Source: Octopus bimaculoides
Lineage: Eukaryota
NCBI RefSeq assembly: GCF_001194135.2
Contig: NC_068994.1
Location: forward strand, 33,226,314 to 33,290,135
Reading direction: 5' to 3'
Length of the DNA stretch: 63,822 bases
The translations under genes were made by a program, and so were the position numbers. Below, piece after piece: positions 13,043 to 24,899 of this stretch (within the stretch, counting starts at the first letter, position 1; each line of letters opens with the position of its first letter). The notes beneath the pieces were generated by a model. The model saw nothing but the letters and a program-made list of their open reading frames with translations, made no database searches and had not been told where the DNA came from.

Positions 13043-13280
13043 TGAGGACGCACGGTCTAGTGGCTAGGGAGTTGCATTGTGTCCTTGAGCAAAACACTCC
13101 ATCTCACTTTGACACCTGATATGTGCACCAGTTCAGGCAATGTCAACTTGATGGAGGGAGTGAGTTAACGTACAACACATGCACATTTGGTCTCTAAAAA
13201 CAAATCATTTGTGCAGGTCATTCAGCAAAATAGCTGGACACTCATATGTCATATTTGGCACCAAAGTCCACCATATGTGA
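13043..13280 (+). mobile_element. Family D SINE, D3 tail
   Basis: Head GGACGCACGGTCTAGTGGCTAGG, CORE-like TGTGTCCTTGAGCAAAACACT; tail shared with 91-379. Confidence 0.7.
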
Positions 13281-13309
13281 ATATATATGTATAAAAAGGT
13301 AAAGAGTAA

Positions 13310-13590
13310 AGATCCTCTTTGATCTTGAATGACCATGAGATTCTCCTTGGAAGTTACTCTTTGAGGCACAAATCTGGACAAGGTTGTTTATGGAAGACCA
13401 GCAGTCGTTCATGCATACCATCCTTCCCTCTCCACATGACTGGTGTTATCCAAGGGAAAGGCAAAGGCCAATACAGCTTGGCACCAGTGATGTCGCAGCT
13501 CATTTCTACAGATGAGTGAACAGGAGCAATGGGAAATTAAGTGTCTTGCTCAAGAAGACAACATACAACCTAGTCCAGGAATCAAACTAC
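13310..13590 (-). mobile_element. Family D SINE, D1 tail
   Basis: Reverse complement of the copies at 42027-42390 and 48240-48590. Confidence 0.75.
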
Positions 13591-13912
13591 CTATATATAT
13601 ATATTGTGTATAGAAAAGGTCATAAAGCAGGCTGTGTCTTAATGAAGCACATCTGCATGTTCAAGTGTATGTTTATAAATGTTTTATTTTAAATGAGGCT
13701 TACTCACATTTAAAATTTCTGACAAATTCTATTCTCAGAGTAATTATATTCCAAAACAAAAGACTGGAAGAATTACATAAAAAGATATGATCCAGCAACA
13801 GCCGGATGTCAGAACAAAAACAAAAAGGAGAAAAAAGAGAAGAAAAAACAACAATGCGAGGATGTGGTACATGCAAAGTATTGAAAGATGCTCAGAGAAA
13901 GAAAGAAAGGTA

Positions 13913-13947
13913 GTTTTACGTTTTGAGCAAAGCTCTTCTCCAGAAAC
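13913..13947 (-). ncRNA. Degenerate minimal hammerhead motif within a Penelope-type repeat (about 13700-13978)
   Basis: Minus strand GTTT-CTGGAGA-A-GAGC ttt GCTC-AAAA-CG-TA-AAAC; two core substitutions, stems intact. Confidence 0.55.
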
Positions 13948-13989
13948 AAGAGAGAGAGGAAAGTCCAAGAGAAATATATATATATATAT

Positions 13990-14304
13990 GAAGGCATGTG
14001 GCTTAGTGGTTAGGGCATTCCGCTCATGATTGTAAGGTCGTGAGTTCAATTCCTGGCGACGCATTATGTCCTTAAGCAAGACACTTTATTTCACTTTATT
14101 TCCAGTTCACTCAGCTGGTAAAAATGAGTAGTACCTGCTTTTCAAAGGACCAGGGCTGGCCTTGTTACACTCTGTGTCATGTTGAATCTCCCTGAGTACT
14201 ACGTTAAAGGTGTGCTCAGCCACTTGAACATTAATTTCATGAGCAAACTATTCCGTTGACCATATCAGCTGAGACCGTCATCGTCGTAACCAACGGAGTG
14301 CTCC
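13990..14304 (+). mobile_element. Family D SINE, D2 tail
   Basis: GGCTTAGTGGTTAGGG...GAGTTCAATTCC head; tail CTACGTTAAAGG...CGTCGTAACCAACGGAGTGC shared with 17897-18283. Confidence 0.8.
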
Positions 14305-14582
14305 ATATATATACTTATATATATACACACACACAATATATGTATATATATATATTTATATATATATATACATACACATGTGTGTGTATATGTAAGCATG
14401 TATGCATATATGTGTATGTGTGTGTGAGTGCATATGTATATTTGTATACACGTGCACACACACATGTATATATGTATGTACTTTTGGGTAAGTCCATGTG
14501 CAAAGGTGTATAATGTATGTATGAACGAATGTTTGCATACACTTTTGAACTACGTGCGTATATGAATGTCAGGTTGTAGGTT

Positions 14583-14624
<42 letters not shown>

Positions 14625-14886
14625 NNNNNNNNNNNNNNNNNNNNNNNNNNNNNNNNNNNNNNNNNNNNNNNNNNNNNNNNNNNNNNNNNNNNNNNNNNNN
14701 NNNNNNNNNNNNNNNNNNNNNNNNNNNNNNNNNNNNNNNNNNNNNNNNNNNNNNNNNNNNNNNNNNNNNNNNNNNNNNNNNNNNNNNNNNNNNNNNNNNN
14801 NNNNNNNNNNNNNNNNNNNNNNNNNNNNNNNNNNNNNNNNNNNNNNNNNNNNNNNNNNNNNNNNNNNNNNNNNNNNNNNNNNNNNN

Positions 14887-14928
<42 letters not shown>

Positions 14929-16231
14929 TTGTTCTTGTATGTGCATGTACATGTATTTGTATATACACCAATATGTGTGTGTATATATGTATGCATTTGT
15001 ACTTCTTTATTTATCAGTGTGTATGGAGGTATGTATATTTATGTGTCAGTGTCTATAACATTGACCCTAAAGGAAGAATTTTTAACTCGGGAAGTTGTTT
15101 TGTCATTACCCAATGATCTTTCTCTCTCTAATTACATATGCATGAAGATTTTAAATATTCATCAACACACGGCGCTCTCGCTCTCTCTCTCTCTCTCTGC
15201 AAGTCGTTCTGTACATTGGATGCTGGTTGTTTTTCTTTTGTCTTTTGTTTTCTTGTTGTTGGTGCCTACTAAACATTGGCGTGTGTATACACCGAAAATT
15301 ATATTCACGCCAAGCAAACATTGGCCATCAGTAATGGTGATAGGAAAAGATAACAATGATGAAGGTGAGGATGATGGTGATGATGGTGGTGGTGGTGGTG
15401 GTGGTGGTGGTGGTGGTAGCGGTGGTGTTGATGATGATGACGGTGATGATGATCATGATAATGATGGTAGTGGTGATGATAGCTACGACGGTGGTGATGA
15501 CTAATAATAATAGTAGTAGTAGTAGTAGTAGTAGTAATAATAATAATAACAATAATAATAATAATAATAATAATAATAGTAAGAAGAAGATTGGTTACAA
15601 GATGAAATTACTTATGGTTTGTAGCTTACGGTGCCTTTAATTAGCTCCTTTCATGAGAGATATTGAGAAAGAGAGAGAGAGAGAGACAATGAGCAGGGAG
15701 TGAGAGAGAGAGAGAGAGAGAGAAAAGCAATAAAAGACATTCATAAATAAAAAATAACAGATAACACATATACATATATATATATATATACATATACACA
15801 CTTGTGTACATATATGTGTATGTGTGTGTATATATATATTTGTGTGTACATATATGCTTGTATGTGTGTGTTTATGTATACATCTCTCTCTCTCTGTCTG
15901 TACATATATATATACAGAGGAGGCTGGCATGGATGAGTGGTTAAGAAGTTCACTTCATAAGCATAAGATCCTAAGTTCAATTCTGCTGTATGGCATTTTG
16001 AGCCAGATGTCTTTTATCATAAACCAGTCAAGATTGAAGTTTGGTTGATGGAAACTTCCAGATAGAGTGTGACCATCATATGAAGGATCTGGCTTTGTCA
16101 CATCCAGACTAGTTCTTCCTAAGAATTATTGTGGTAAGAGTGAAAATACTTGGCCACTCATGTTGTAATCTATGGAGTAGGCAGTTGAGTCTGTAGAACA
16201 ACTGGATGCCTCATTGGAAAACCTGACAGAA

Positions 16232-16278
<47 letters not shown>

Positions 16279-17896
16279 GCACGCACACATACACACACAC
16301 ACATTTACACACATTCATACACATAGCTAGCTAGATAAATACATATGTATATGCACACACACACATATATAGATATATATCTACACACAGACATACACAC
16401 ATATATCATCATATATATATATATATATATATATGTATATCTACATACACACACGCACACACTAATAAGTGCACACACACACACACACGCACACACTAAT
16501 ACATGCACACACACACACACGCACGCGAACACATACATATACATCTACATATACATGCATATGTAAATAGAGATATATATTGTTATAGACAGAGAGAAAG
16601 TATTATATATAGCCATATATGTATGTTTATGTACATATGTAAAGATATAGCTATCTCTCTCTCTCTATATACATATATATATATATAACACATATACATA
16701 CATGCATATATGCATACACATACACACATACATACATACATGCATACATACATATATACATATACACTCACATACACATGCAAACACACCCACACATGCA
16801 TACACACATAAAGGCCACCCCCACTCACCACACACGCGCACACGCACACATACACACACACACACACACATGCATCCACATCTAAGCACATGTATATACA
16901 ACGGAAAAAAAAAGAAGAGGGGATGAAGGTGGAGGGAGGGAGGGAGGGCTGGAGAGAACGAGAAAGAGAGGCAGAGAATACCTGCAAGTGTATGCGATCT
17001 ACCTTTGTTGTCGAATTTGTTAGTAATGAAAGCTGTGCATCTTATTTGAACAGTACTATTGTGTTTGATGAATGGGTGGAATAGCAGAATGGTAAAGGAT
17101 AGGTAGAAGAGAAGTGGGGGGGGGGAGATTTATTTTGTAACAGTGGCGGCATACCATGGCGTGTACTAATGAAATAAAGAGAGGTGCAGAGCGGGGGGGG
17201 GGGTCCTTCGCTGTGCATTGTAATAAGGTATGTAGGAACAAGGAACACACAGCATTTTGGTTAATAAATAAATAGATAGATGTATATAAATGAATAAACA
17301 AATAAGTAAATAAGTAAGTAAATAAATAAATAAATAAATAAGGGCAGCGTGTTGTCATTATCATTGTGGCTGTTATTTAGCCCTAGGCTAGATCTGATAA
17401 AGCAAGATCTATGATCAGAATTGTTTGGAGAATGAACATCCATCATTTTGTTTTACAGGCACCATGTCTAACACTGTCGGGCTTTGATATCAATATCATC
17501 CTTTTAAGACAGTAGAATGTAATTTTAGGGAGATTTAAGCTGTTATTTCTAGCATGTATAGTGACCACAGATGCTCTACTGTTAGCTTTGAAAGCTGTAT
17601 GATTTAAAAGTTAGTGTAGGATACAAAAGGAATATTGAAAGAAGAGTTCCACCATGCCTATTCCATATATTTAAAGCTACCAATAGCTATGTAATCCAAA
17701 ATGTCCTTTTTAAGATGGTAGTATGATCTGAGAAAGATTTAGCTGCTACTTTTAGCATAATTTCTGATCACAAAGACACTCCCTTCTTGGCTTAAAAAGA
17801 TGGTAAACCCTCCCACCTAGTGGGAGGGTTTACCACTTGAATCTTAGGCTGAAGAAAGGACTGTTGCTCTGTTTGTTGCATGTATATGCACCAAAC

Positions 17897-18283
17897 GTGG
17901 AGGCACAATGGCTCAGTGGTTAGGGCAGTGGACTTACAGTCATAGGATCGCGGTTTCGATTCCCAGACCGGGCGTTGTGAGTGTTTATTGAGCGAAAATA
18001 CCTAAAGTTCCACGAGGCTCTGGCAGGGGATGGTGGCTAACCCTGCTGTACTCTTTCACCGCAACTTTTTCTCACTCTTACTTCCTGTTTCTGTTGTGCC
18101 TGTAATTCAAAGGGTCAGCCTTGTCACACTGTGTCACGCTGAATATCCCCGAGAACTACGTTAAGGGTACACGTGTCTGTGGAGTGCGCAGCCACTTGCA
18201 CGTTAATTTCATGAACAGGCTGTTCCGTTGATCAGATCAACTGGAACCCTCGTCGTCGTAAGCAATGGAGTGCCAACAACAAC
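17897..18283 (+). mobile_element. tRNA-head SINE with D2 tail and 11-bp TSD
   Basis: TSD ATGCACCAAAC at 17886-17896 and 18284-18294, inside the LINE YAPN codons. tRNA-like head GGCTCAGTGGTTAGGGCAG...GGTTTCGATTCCC. Confidence 0.9.
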
Positions 18284-18477
18284 ATGCACCAAACAGCAAA
18301 GTAAAGTACAAATCCTTCCTTGATTGAAGTCACTGCATTTATAGATGTAGTTAAGACTCAGTCATTTGTCCTACAAGGAGATTTCAATGCACATGTTGGT
18401 ACTGATCACTGGGCATGGAGAGAAGTGATTAAGAGAAATGAAGACCCTGAACTCAATGTACATGGAGGTAAAGGTAA

Positions 18478-18955
18478 AGGTAAAGTTACTATCTTGAGAC
18501 ATGCTGACTCATAAGGGCCAGTTCCCACTTTCATAGTATATATTCCCCACCCGGATGGGACACCATTTCATCACAGGATTATTCATTTTTGTCAGCTAAG
18601 TGGACTGGAGTAGCATGAGATGAAATGTTTAATTCAAGAACACATGTTGCCTGTTAAAGGCGGCGAGCTGGCAGAAACGTTAGCACGCCAGGCGAAATGC
18701 TTAGCAGTATTTCGTCTGCTGCTACGTTCTGAGTTCAAATTCTGCCGAGGTCGACTTTGCCTTTCATCCTTTCGGGGTCGATTAAATAAGTACCAGTTAC
18801 GCACTGGGGTCGATATAATCGACTTTATCCGTTTGTCTGTCTTTGTTTGTCCCCTCTGTGTGTAGCCCCTTGTGGGTAGTAAAGAAATAACACATGTTGC
18901 CTGGTCCAGGAATTGAAACCAGAATCTTACAATCATGAGTAAACCATATACCTCC
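18478..18955 (-). mobile_element. Family D SINE, D4 tail, hosting a B1 insertion
   Basis: Tail GGCCCTTATGAGTCAGCATGTCTCAAGATAGTAACTTTACC matches 26295-26546. Confidence 0.8.
18654..18888 (+). mobile_element. Family B1 SINE with perfect 15-bp TSD
   Basis: TSD AACACATGTTGCCTG at 18639-18653 and 18889-18903; closely matches 6584-6814. Confidence 0.92.
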
Positions 18956-19610
18956 ACATGCAAATTGAGAGGCCTTACTAAACTTTTAAGCTGGAAATAG
19001 ACTCTCTCTCATGAATGCATTCTTCCAATGCAGAAGTATCCATAACGATACATGATATGAGAATACATTGGGACAGAGGTCATTGATAAATTTTGTTATC
19101 ATGTCAGATCTCTTTGATTCTGTGCTGGATGTTCAAGTAAAGAGGGGAGCTGAGCTATCAACTGATCACTCCCACCCCCTAGTTGTCTGCAACCTGATAC
19201 AATCTACAAGAAGAGGAACTCGCAAAACTGGTTAGTTCAGTGTCAGTTGCAGAATAAAGTGAGAAGTTCTAACAGATGATGGGATCAGAAACAAATATAA
19301 GGACAATATGGTGTCCAAATTCAGAGATCTTCCTGAACAAGCTGTGGACATTGAAATGTATTGGAGATTGTTTTGTATGGTTAAATCTTCTTTGGTTGTA
19401 CAACGATGTGGATGAAAGTGGTTCAATGCAGAGCTGGTAAAAGAACTGATGGTTTAACCAAGGAGTTAAAGAAACCAATTAAGCAAAGAAGGAAGTTTAC
19501 AAGGCTTGGCTTGGAAACAAGTCAAGTTATTATGTTCAAAATAACCTATGTTGATTTGAACAAACCAACATCGGTTATCAAGTTATCAAGCAATGGGCAA
19601 GGAACAAACT

Positions 19611-19746
<136 letters not shown>

Positions 19747-20249
19747 CACACGCGCACGCACACATACACACGCGCGCGCGCACACGCACACATACACATA
19801 TTCCATCTCCCAGATTTACCCACAGAATACCAAATATACCTTAGAGTACATTTGGTATTCTAAGGTATGAAAAGTTGTAAAAGAGATAGAAAAAAAACCG
19901 CTCCATGGCTAAGTCATGGGAAGACTTCGGGGTTAAGCTGGATTGTGACATCAGATAAGTCAATAAAGTGTTTTGGTAGAGCACCTACCAACCTTGTAAT
20001 AAGAAGCCCTCTTCCACACCTGCCATTAGAAGCTTGGTTGGGGGTCTCCCTGCAGAGAAGAGCATCCCTGGGCAGGAGAGAGAGAGTATGTTGCTGATCC
20101 TAAACTGAGTCACCATAAAATCTTCTGGTGGACATAAGGTACATCTAGGGTTAAAGACTAACCTCACAGAGGCAGAAGTCATAGAGGCAATTAAAGCACT
20201 CAAGTGAGGTAAGGTGGCTCGATAGGATGAAATTTAGTAGCTTTATGCT

Positions 20250-20705
20250 TTACTTCTTTAAGTCAATGGGCTGTGGCCAAGCAGGGGCACTGCCTTGAAG
20301 GGTTTATTTAGTTGACCAAATCAACTCCACTACTTATTTTTTTTTTTAAAGTCTGCTACTGTACTTATTTTATCCAGCTCTTTTGATGAATGATTAAGTT
20401 TTAGGGACGTGAACAAACCAACATCGGTTATCAAGTTATCAAGCAGTGGGCAAGGAACAAACTTAAACACACACACACACACACATGCACACACACACAC
20501 ACATACACACATAAACAAACACACACAAACACACACACACATACATGCACACACACACACACACACATATTCCATCTCCCAGATTTATCCACAAAGCATT
20601 GGTCAACTCAAGACTAAAGTAGAAGACATTTGTGGAAGGTGATTCATAGCGGGACTGAACCTGAAACCATGTGGTTGCATAGAAAGCTTCTTAACCACAC
20701 AGCCA
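20250..20705 (-). mobile_element. Family A SINE variant
   Basis: A-family tail and head, with the diagnostic GTTATCAAGTTATCAAG duplication also seen at 19558-19824. Confidence 0.75.
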
Positions 20706-21289
20706 TACCCATTCCTCATCCAATGTTCCCTGCTTTATTTTTCTTTCTTTTTTTTTTTAGTTTTGTTTTGTTTAGTTTTTAAGCTAACAAAGTTTATCGA
20801 TATTTGATGGAGTCTTGACTGCTATTTCTAACATATCAATTGACCACGTTGAAGAATCCTTTGTTGGTTTATGAAGCTCCATATACCTACATCAACAGTG
20901 AAGCGAATTTCCATTGTTTAGTTAACAGTGAACTATCCATGCATGATTCAAATTGGTTGAATTAACCTGAGAACATGCACATTAATATCTTTATACATGT
21001 CGAATGCATGAATGGACACACATGTGCTGACAACTCTTTTAGAAACGTCGGACCTTTACACATTGTCTACGCAAAACACAATTGCTTTGTTCCTGCTTTG
21101 GGCTTCTTTTATTTTTTGCTTTATGTATTTTTTATTAGATATTTGTTTTTTATTAGATTCTACAGAATTTCTTCAGCTTCCTATTGAATGAAAATATAAT
21201 CCCTTCCTCCTCTCTCATCACTGTCATTCTTTCTCTTTCCCTTCTACTCTTTCCATTCCCTAACTCTCATCACCACCCTCTCCCTCATC

Positions 21290-21705
21290 TCTCACCACTA
21301 CCCTTCCTCTCTCCTCCTTCCTCTCTCCTCCTTCCTCTCTCCTCCTTCCTCTCTCCTCCTTCCTANNNNNNNNNNNNNNNNNNNNNNNNNNNNNNNNNNN
21401 NNNNNNNNNNNNNNNNNNNNNNNNNNNNNNNNNNNNNNNNNNNNNNNNNNNNNNNNNNNNNNNNNNNNNNNNNNNNNNNNNNNNNNNNNNNNNNNNNNNN
21501 NNNNNNNNNNNNNNNNNNNNNNNNNNNNNNNNNNNNNNNNNNNNNNNNNNNNTCCTTCCTCTCTCCTCCTTTCTCTCTCCTCCTTCCTCTCTCCTCCTTC
21601 CTCTCTCCCCTTCCTCTCTCCTCCTTCCTCTCTCCTCCTTCCTCTCTCCTCCTTCCTCTCTCCTCCTTCCTATCTCCTCCTCGTCTCTCCTCCTTCCTCT
21701 CCCTG
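21290..21705. repeat. Polypyrimidine minisatellite (CCTTCCTCTCTCCT-type units) spanning a gap
   Basis: C/T-only tandem units on both sides of the N run. Confidence 0.9.
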
Positions 21706-22164
21706 TCTTGCTCTTCTCAATTATTCATCACCATTCTTTGTTTTCGCTATTGTTGTTGTTGTTGTGCAACCTCGTCAATTATGATTGAGCAGAACTACGA
21801 TCAAAGACTCACCATCTATGACCGTCCGGCCACTTTTTTTTCCTTTTTTGTTTTCTGTTTTTTTTTTCCAGGCACAGGGCACTCTGGACAATTCTCTTCA
21901 ATGTGTCATGTTTATTTTTTTTTTTAGATATGCTATGATGTAGTTTGAGCAAAATTTCGGCATTATTTCTAGCAGACTGAATGACCACATAAGAGCCCTT
22001 TCATTTTGACTCAACATCATTGATTGTCACATAACAAACATTATAACATTCTGTCGTTTCATTATGTTTCACTACATTATTCTCTTTCTAGATGCATTCT
22101 TTTGCAATAAATATATGTTGGTCATCAGACAAAAAAAAAAAAAAAGGCAAAAAATCATACATAT

Positions 22165-22495
22165 AGGTGCAGGAGTGACTGTGTGGTAAGTAGCTTGCTT
22201 ACCAACCACATGGTTCTGGGTTCAGTCCCACTGCATGGCACCTTGGGCAAGTGTCTTCTACCGTAGCCTCAGGCCGACCAAAGCCTTGTGAGAGGATTTG
22301 TTAGATGGAAACTGAAAGAAGCCTGTCATACATATATATATATATATATCTACATATATACATATGTATGTATATGTTTGTGTGTCTGTGTTTGTCCCCT
22401 CACCATCGCTTGACTACCAATGTTGGTGTGTTTATGTCCCTGTAACTTAGCAGTTTGGCAAAAGAGACTGATAGAATAAATACTAGGCCATGGTA
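22165..22495 (+). mobile_element. Family A SINE, 3'-truncated, abutting a Tx1-like fragment
   Basis: AGGTGCAGGAGTGACTGTGTGGTAAG head; ends at GAATAAATACTAGGC. Confidence 0.85.
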
Positions 22496-22715
22496 AAAGA
22501 GGTTGTATGGTGGATGAGATTGAAGGGGCTGAAGACAAATACTTTTCTATTTGGTCAATCCGATGGATGAAAGTGGTAGGAATGGGGCGAGTGAACAGGC
22601 CTGCCCTGAGCATATGCCAGTAGTTGGAAAAAGGAAAGGAAAAAAAGGTACCTGTCCCAAGAGTCAGCCCTCAACCTCTTGGCAAAGGAAAACTGCTTTG
22701 CCTGCCCGATTGAGG
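22487..22715 (+). mobile_element. Rearranged L1/Tx1-like ORF2 C-terminal fragment
   Basis: AMVKEVVWWMRLKGLKTNTFLFGQS parallels VAKEVVWWTRLKGIRTNTFLFGRA in the copy at 22992-23911. Bases 22680-22715 are an inverted piece of the adjacent upstream LINE segment. Confidence 0.7.
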
Positions 22716-22726
22716 AGTACACATTG

Positions 22727-22776
<50 letters not shown>

Positions 22777-22991
22777 TCTTTCTTTCTTTCTTTCCTTCTT
22801 TCTTTCTCCCTTTTTCTTTTAAATTTTGTTAGTCTTGTTTACATGCAAAACGCTGTCAACAGCACACACTCGCACACAAACATACACACATACATTGTTT
22901 TGTCCCGTGCTATCCATAATGTTTTTCTTAATGTAAACCCTTGTGGTTAATAAAGAAATCATTATTATTATTGTTATTATTATTATTTCAG

Positions 22992-23908
22992 TGGCAGGGA
23001 AGTGTGACGACGTTCTTGGGGAGACTTTGGACGCTAACAAGAATGAACTGGTTAGTCTATTTCGGAGGACTTTCCAGTCAGAAACTATCACGGATAGTTT
23101 CCAGATGTCCTTGGCCTGGTAGTGTTACCAAGGGATAAACTCTACAGGGGTGGATGTGCTGTCAGACGGGCTTGTCCCAGAGGCATGCAAAGTGATGAAA
23201 TTATGCTGCATGCCCTTGTTCAGTGTCTGGGCATTACTTATTCGTGGGGTTATGTCGAACAGCTGCTGTCACATGTGGGATGGATCTGTCGGTCGACCGA
23301 GTCTGTAGTGATGATCGCACCGTCGCCCTCCTTCAATCGGGCAGGCAAAGCAGTATTCCTTTGCCTGGTGGCTGTGGCAAAAGAGGTTGTTTGGTGGACA
23401 AGACTGAAAGGCATAAGAACAAATACATTCCTCTTTGGTAGAGCTCTCATTGACTTCTTGAAGTTTCACTTGTAAAGGAAATTGAGAGTGGAGAGGGAAG
23501 TGCTGTACTCGAGTGAGTTTACTGAAAGGTGGGTGAAAGTTGAGAAAATGGCAAGAGTGGACGGTACCTCTCTAAGTGTAGAACTGTGAGTCAGAGAGAA
23601 GGAATTGGAGAGGGCACTTGCTCCTGGGGTTTCAGGTAAATCTCAGACAGTGGGGTTCCTCACTTATCCCTAGAGGCCTTCCTGTATCAGAAGGGCCAGA
23701 TCTCTATCATCCTCCTTGCCACTTTTTTTTAAACCTTTGTATGCTATGCGTATGTCCCTTCTTTTTCAGTGTATACCATGCATACTTACTTTCTTTCCTT
23801 CATTTTTTATTTTATTTTTTTATCATTTTGTTATATGTAAACCCCCCACAATTGATATCTGTCTTTGTATTGTCCTCCCTCATCCTTCGTCCTTGTGGCA
23901 AATAAATG

Positions 23909-23911
<3 letters not shown>
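22992..23911 (+). mobile_element. L1/Tx1-clade LINE 3' fragment: zinc-knuckle region, ORF end, 3'UTR with AATAAA, then (ATC)n
   Basis: RDKLYR..ACPRGMQSDEIMLHALVQC (degenerate CCHC), FLCLVAVAKEVVWWTRLKG, terminal EFTERWVKV; AATAAA near 23900. Confidence 0.8.
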
Positions 23912-23939
<28 letters not shown>

Positions 23940-24049
23940 TATTATTATTCCAGCCACCGCTGCCACCACCACCATCATCATTCACATCATTATCATTGTT
24001 ATTGTTGCTGTTATTGTTGTTGCCTGCATCGTTGTTGTTGTTATTATTC

Positions 24050-24620
24050 TTAGCTGAGACATACAGACAATGTGACTGTATGAAAAGCAATAAATTTATT
24101 ATTGCCGTGGCAGTGAAAATTCTTCCAAGAAATTGGATTAGATTCGGACAAACTAAAGGTAGCCAGAGCAGCAACCAAAATGGACATGGTGATGGTGCAC
24201 AAGTCAACCATAGAGTACAACTATAAAGGCATGCTCTTACACAGACAACACTTTCATGAACTGAATAGCCCACACATACATGCATACATACATACATACA
24301 TACATACATACATACATACATACATACATACACACACATACACACACACACACATATATATATATAAACTATATCAAAACTGACCTGGACGAACAAAATT
24401 GGTTTGAATGAGACAAAAGATGTTGGAAATATTTGCCATCATAAACGAGCAGGCCATTTCTACAAGATATATTGAAAGGAGAATATCTATATGTCATACA
24501 AAATTGAGGTCAAATGTCACTGGTGTCATGTGTTTTGGGAAACAATAGACCATATTGAGTGAAGACGTCCTACAATGTCTCTCCCACAAAAATTAACTTG
24601 GAGATGCAATAGAGTAGCAA
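24050..24620 (+). mobile_element. R4/Dong-like non-LTR retrotransposon fragment 1 (degenerate)
   Basis: LLHRQHFHELNSPH, then FAIINEQAISTRYIERRI, KCHWCH..TIDHI..PTMS..RCNRVAKQL across frameshifts (the QxQA..TR / CxxC..HI / RHN pattern). Confidence 0.6.
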
Positions 24621-24899
24621 AACAGCTTTGTGTGTTCCTGGTCATTTTCCTTTATAGTAGAAAAGTCCCCTTTAATCGTTATCTATTTATTACTGTATCA
24701 AAAATGTGTTGCAGCAGAAAGACAAATGTTGAATTTTCATGTTTTTTTTTTTGCTTCCATATATGTTGCTAAGTCAATGGGTTCGAAGAAGAATTATAGA
24801 AAGAAAGGAAAGGGTAGAGAAGGAGGAAGTGAAGAGTTGAAGGTGAGTGGACGTACGTGGAATGTTTGAAAGGGAAGCTGAGAATGTGAAGACTGAGCA

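Noticed and set aside
13708-13763. 56-nt minus-strand pseudo-exon with good splice signals
   Set aside because: Lies at the edge of the Penelope-type repeat and two of three frames are closed; probably cryptic sites.
16126-16226. Minus-strand acceptor after (GT)n giving FSNEASSCSTDSTAYSIDYNMSGQ
   Set aside because: The pyrimidine tract is largely microsatellite, the donor is weak, and no homology is recognised.
17897-17975. tRNA gene
   Set aside because: A/B boxes are present but the acceptor stem is not, and it continues into a SINE body with TSDs; no genuine tRNA or rRNA was found in the window.
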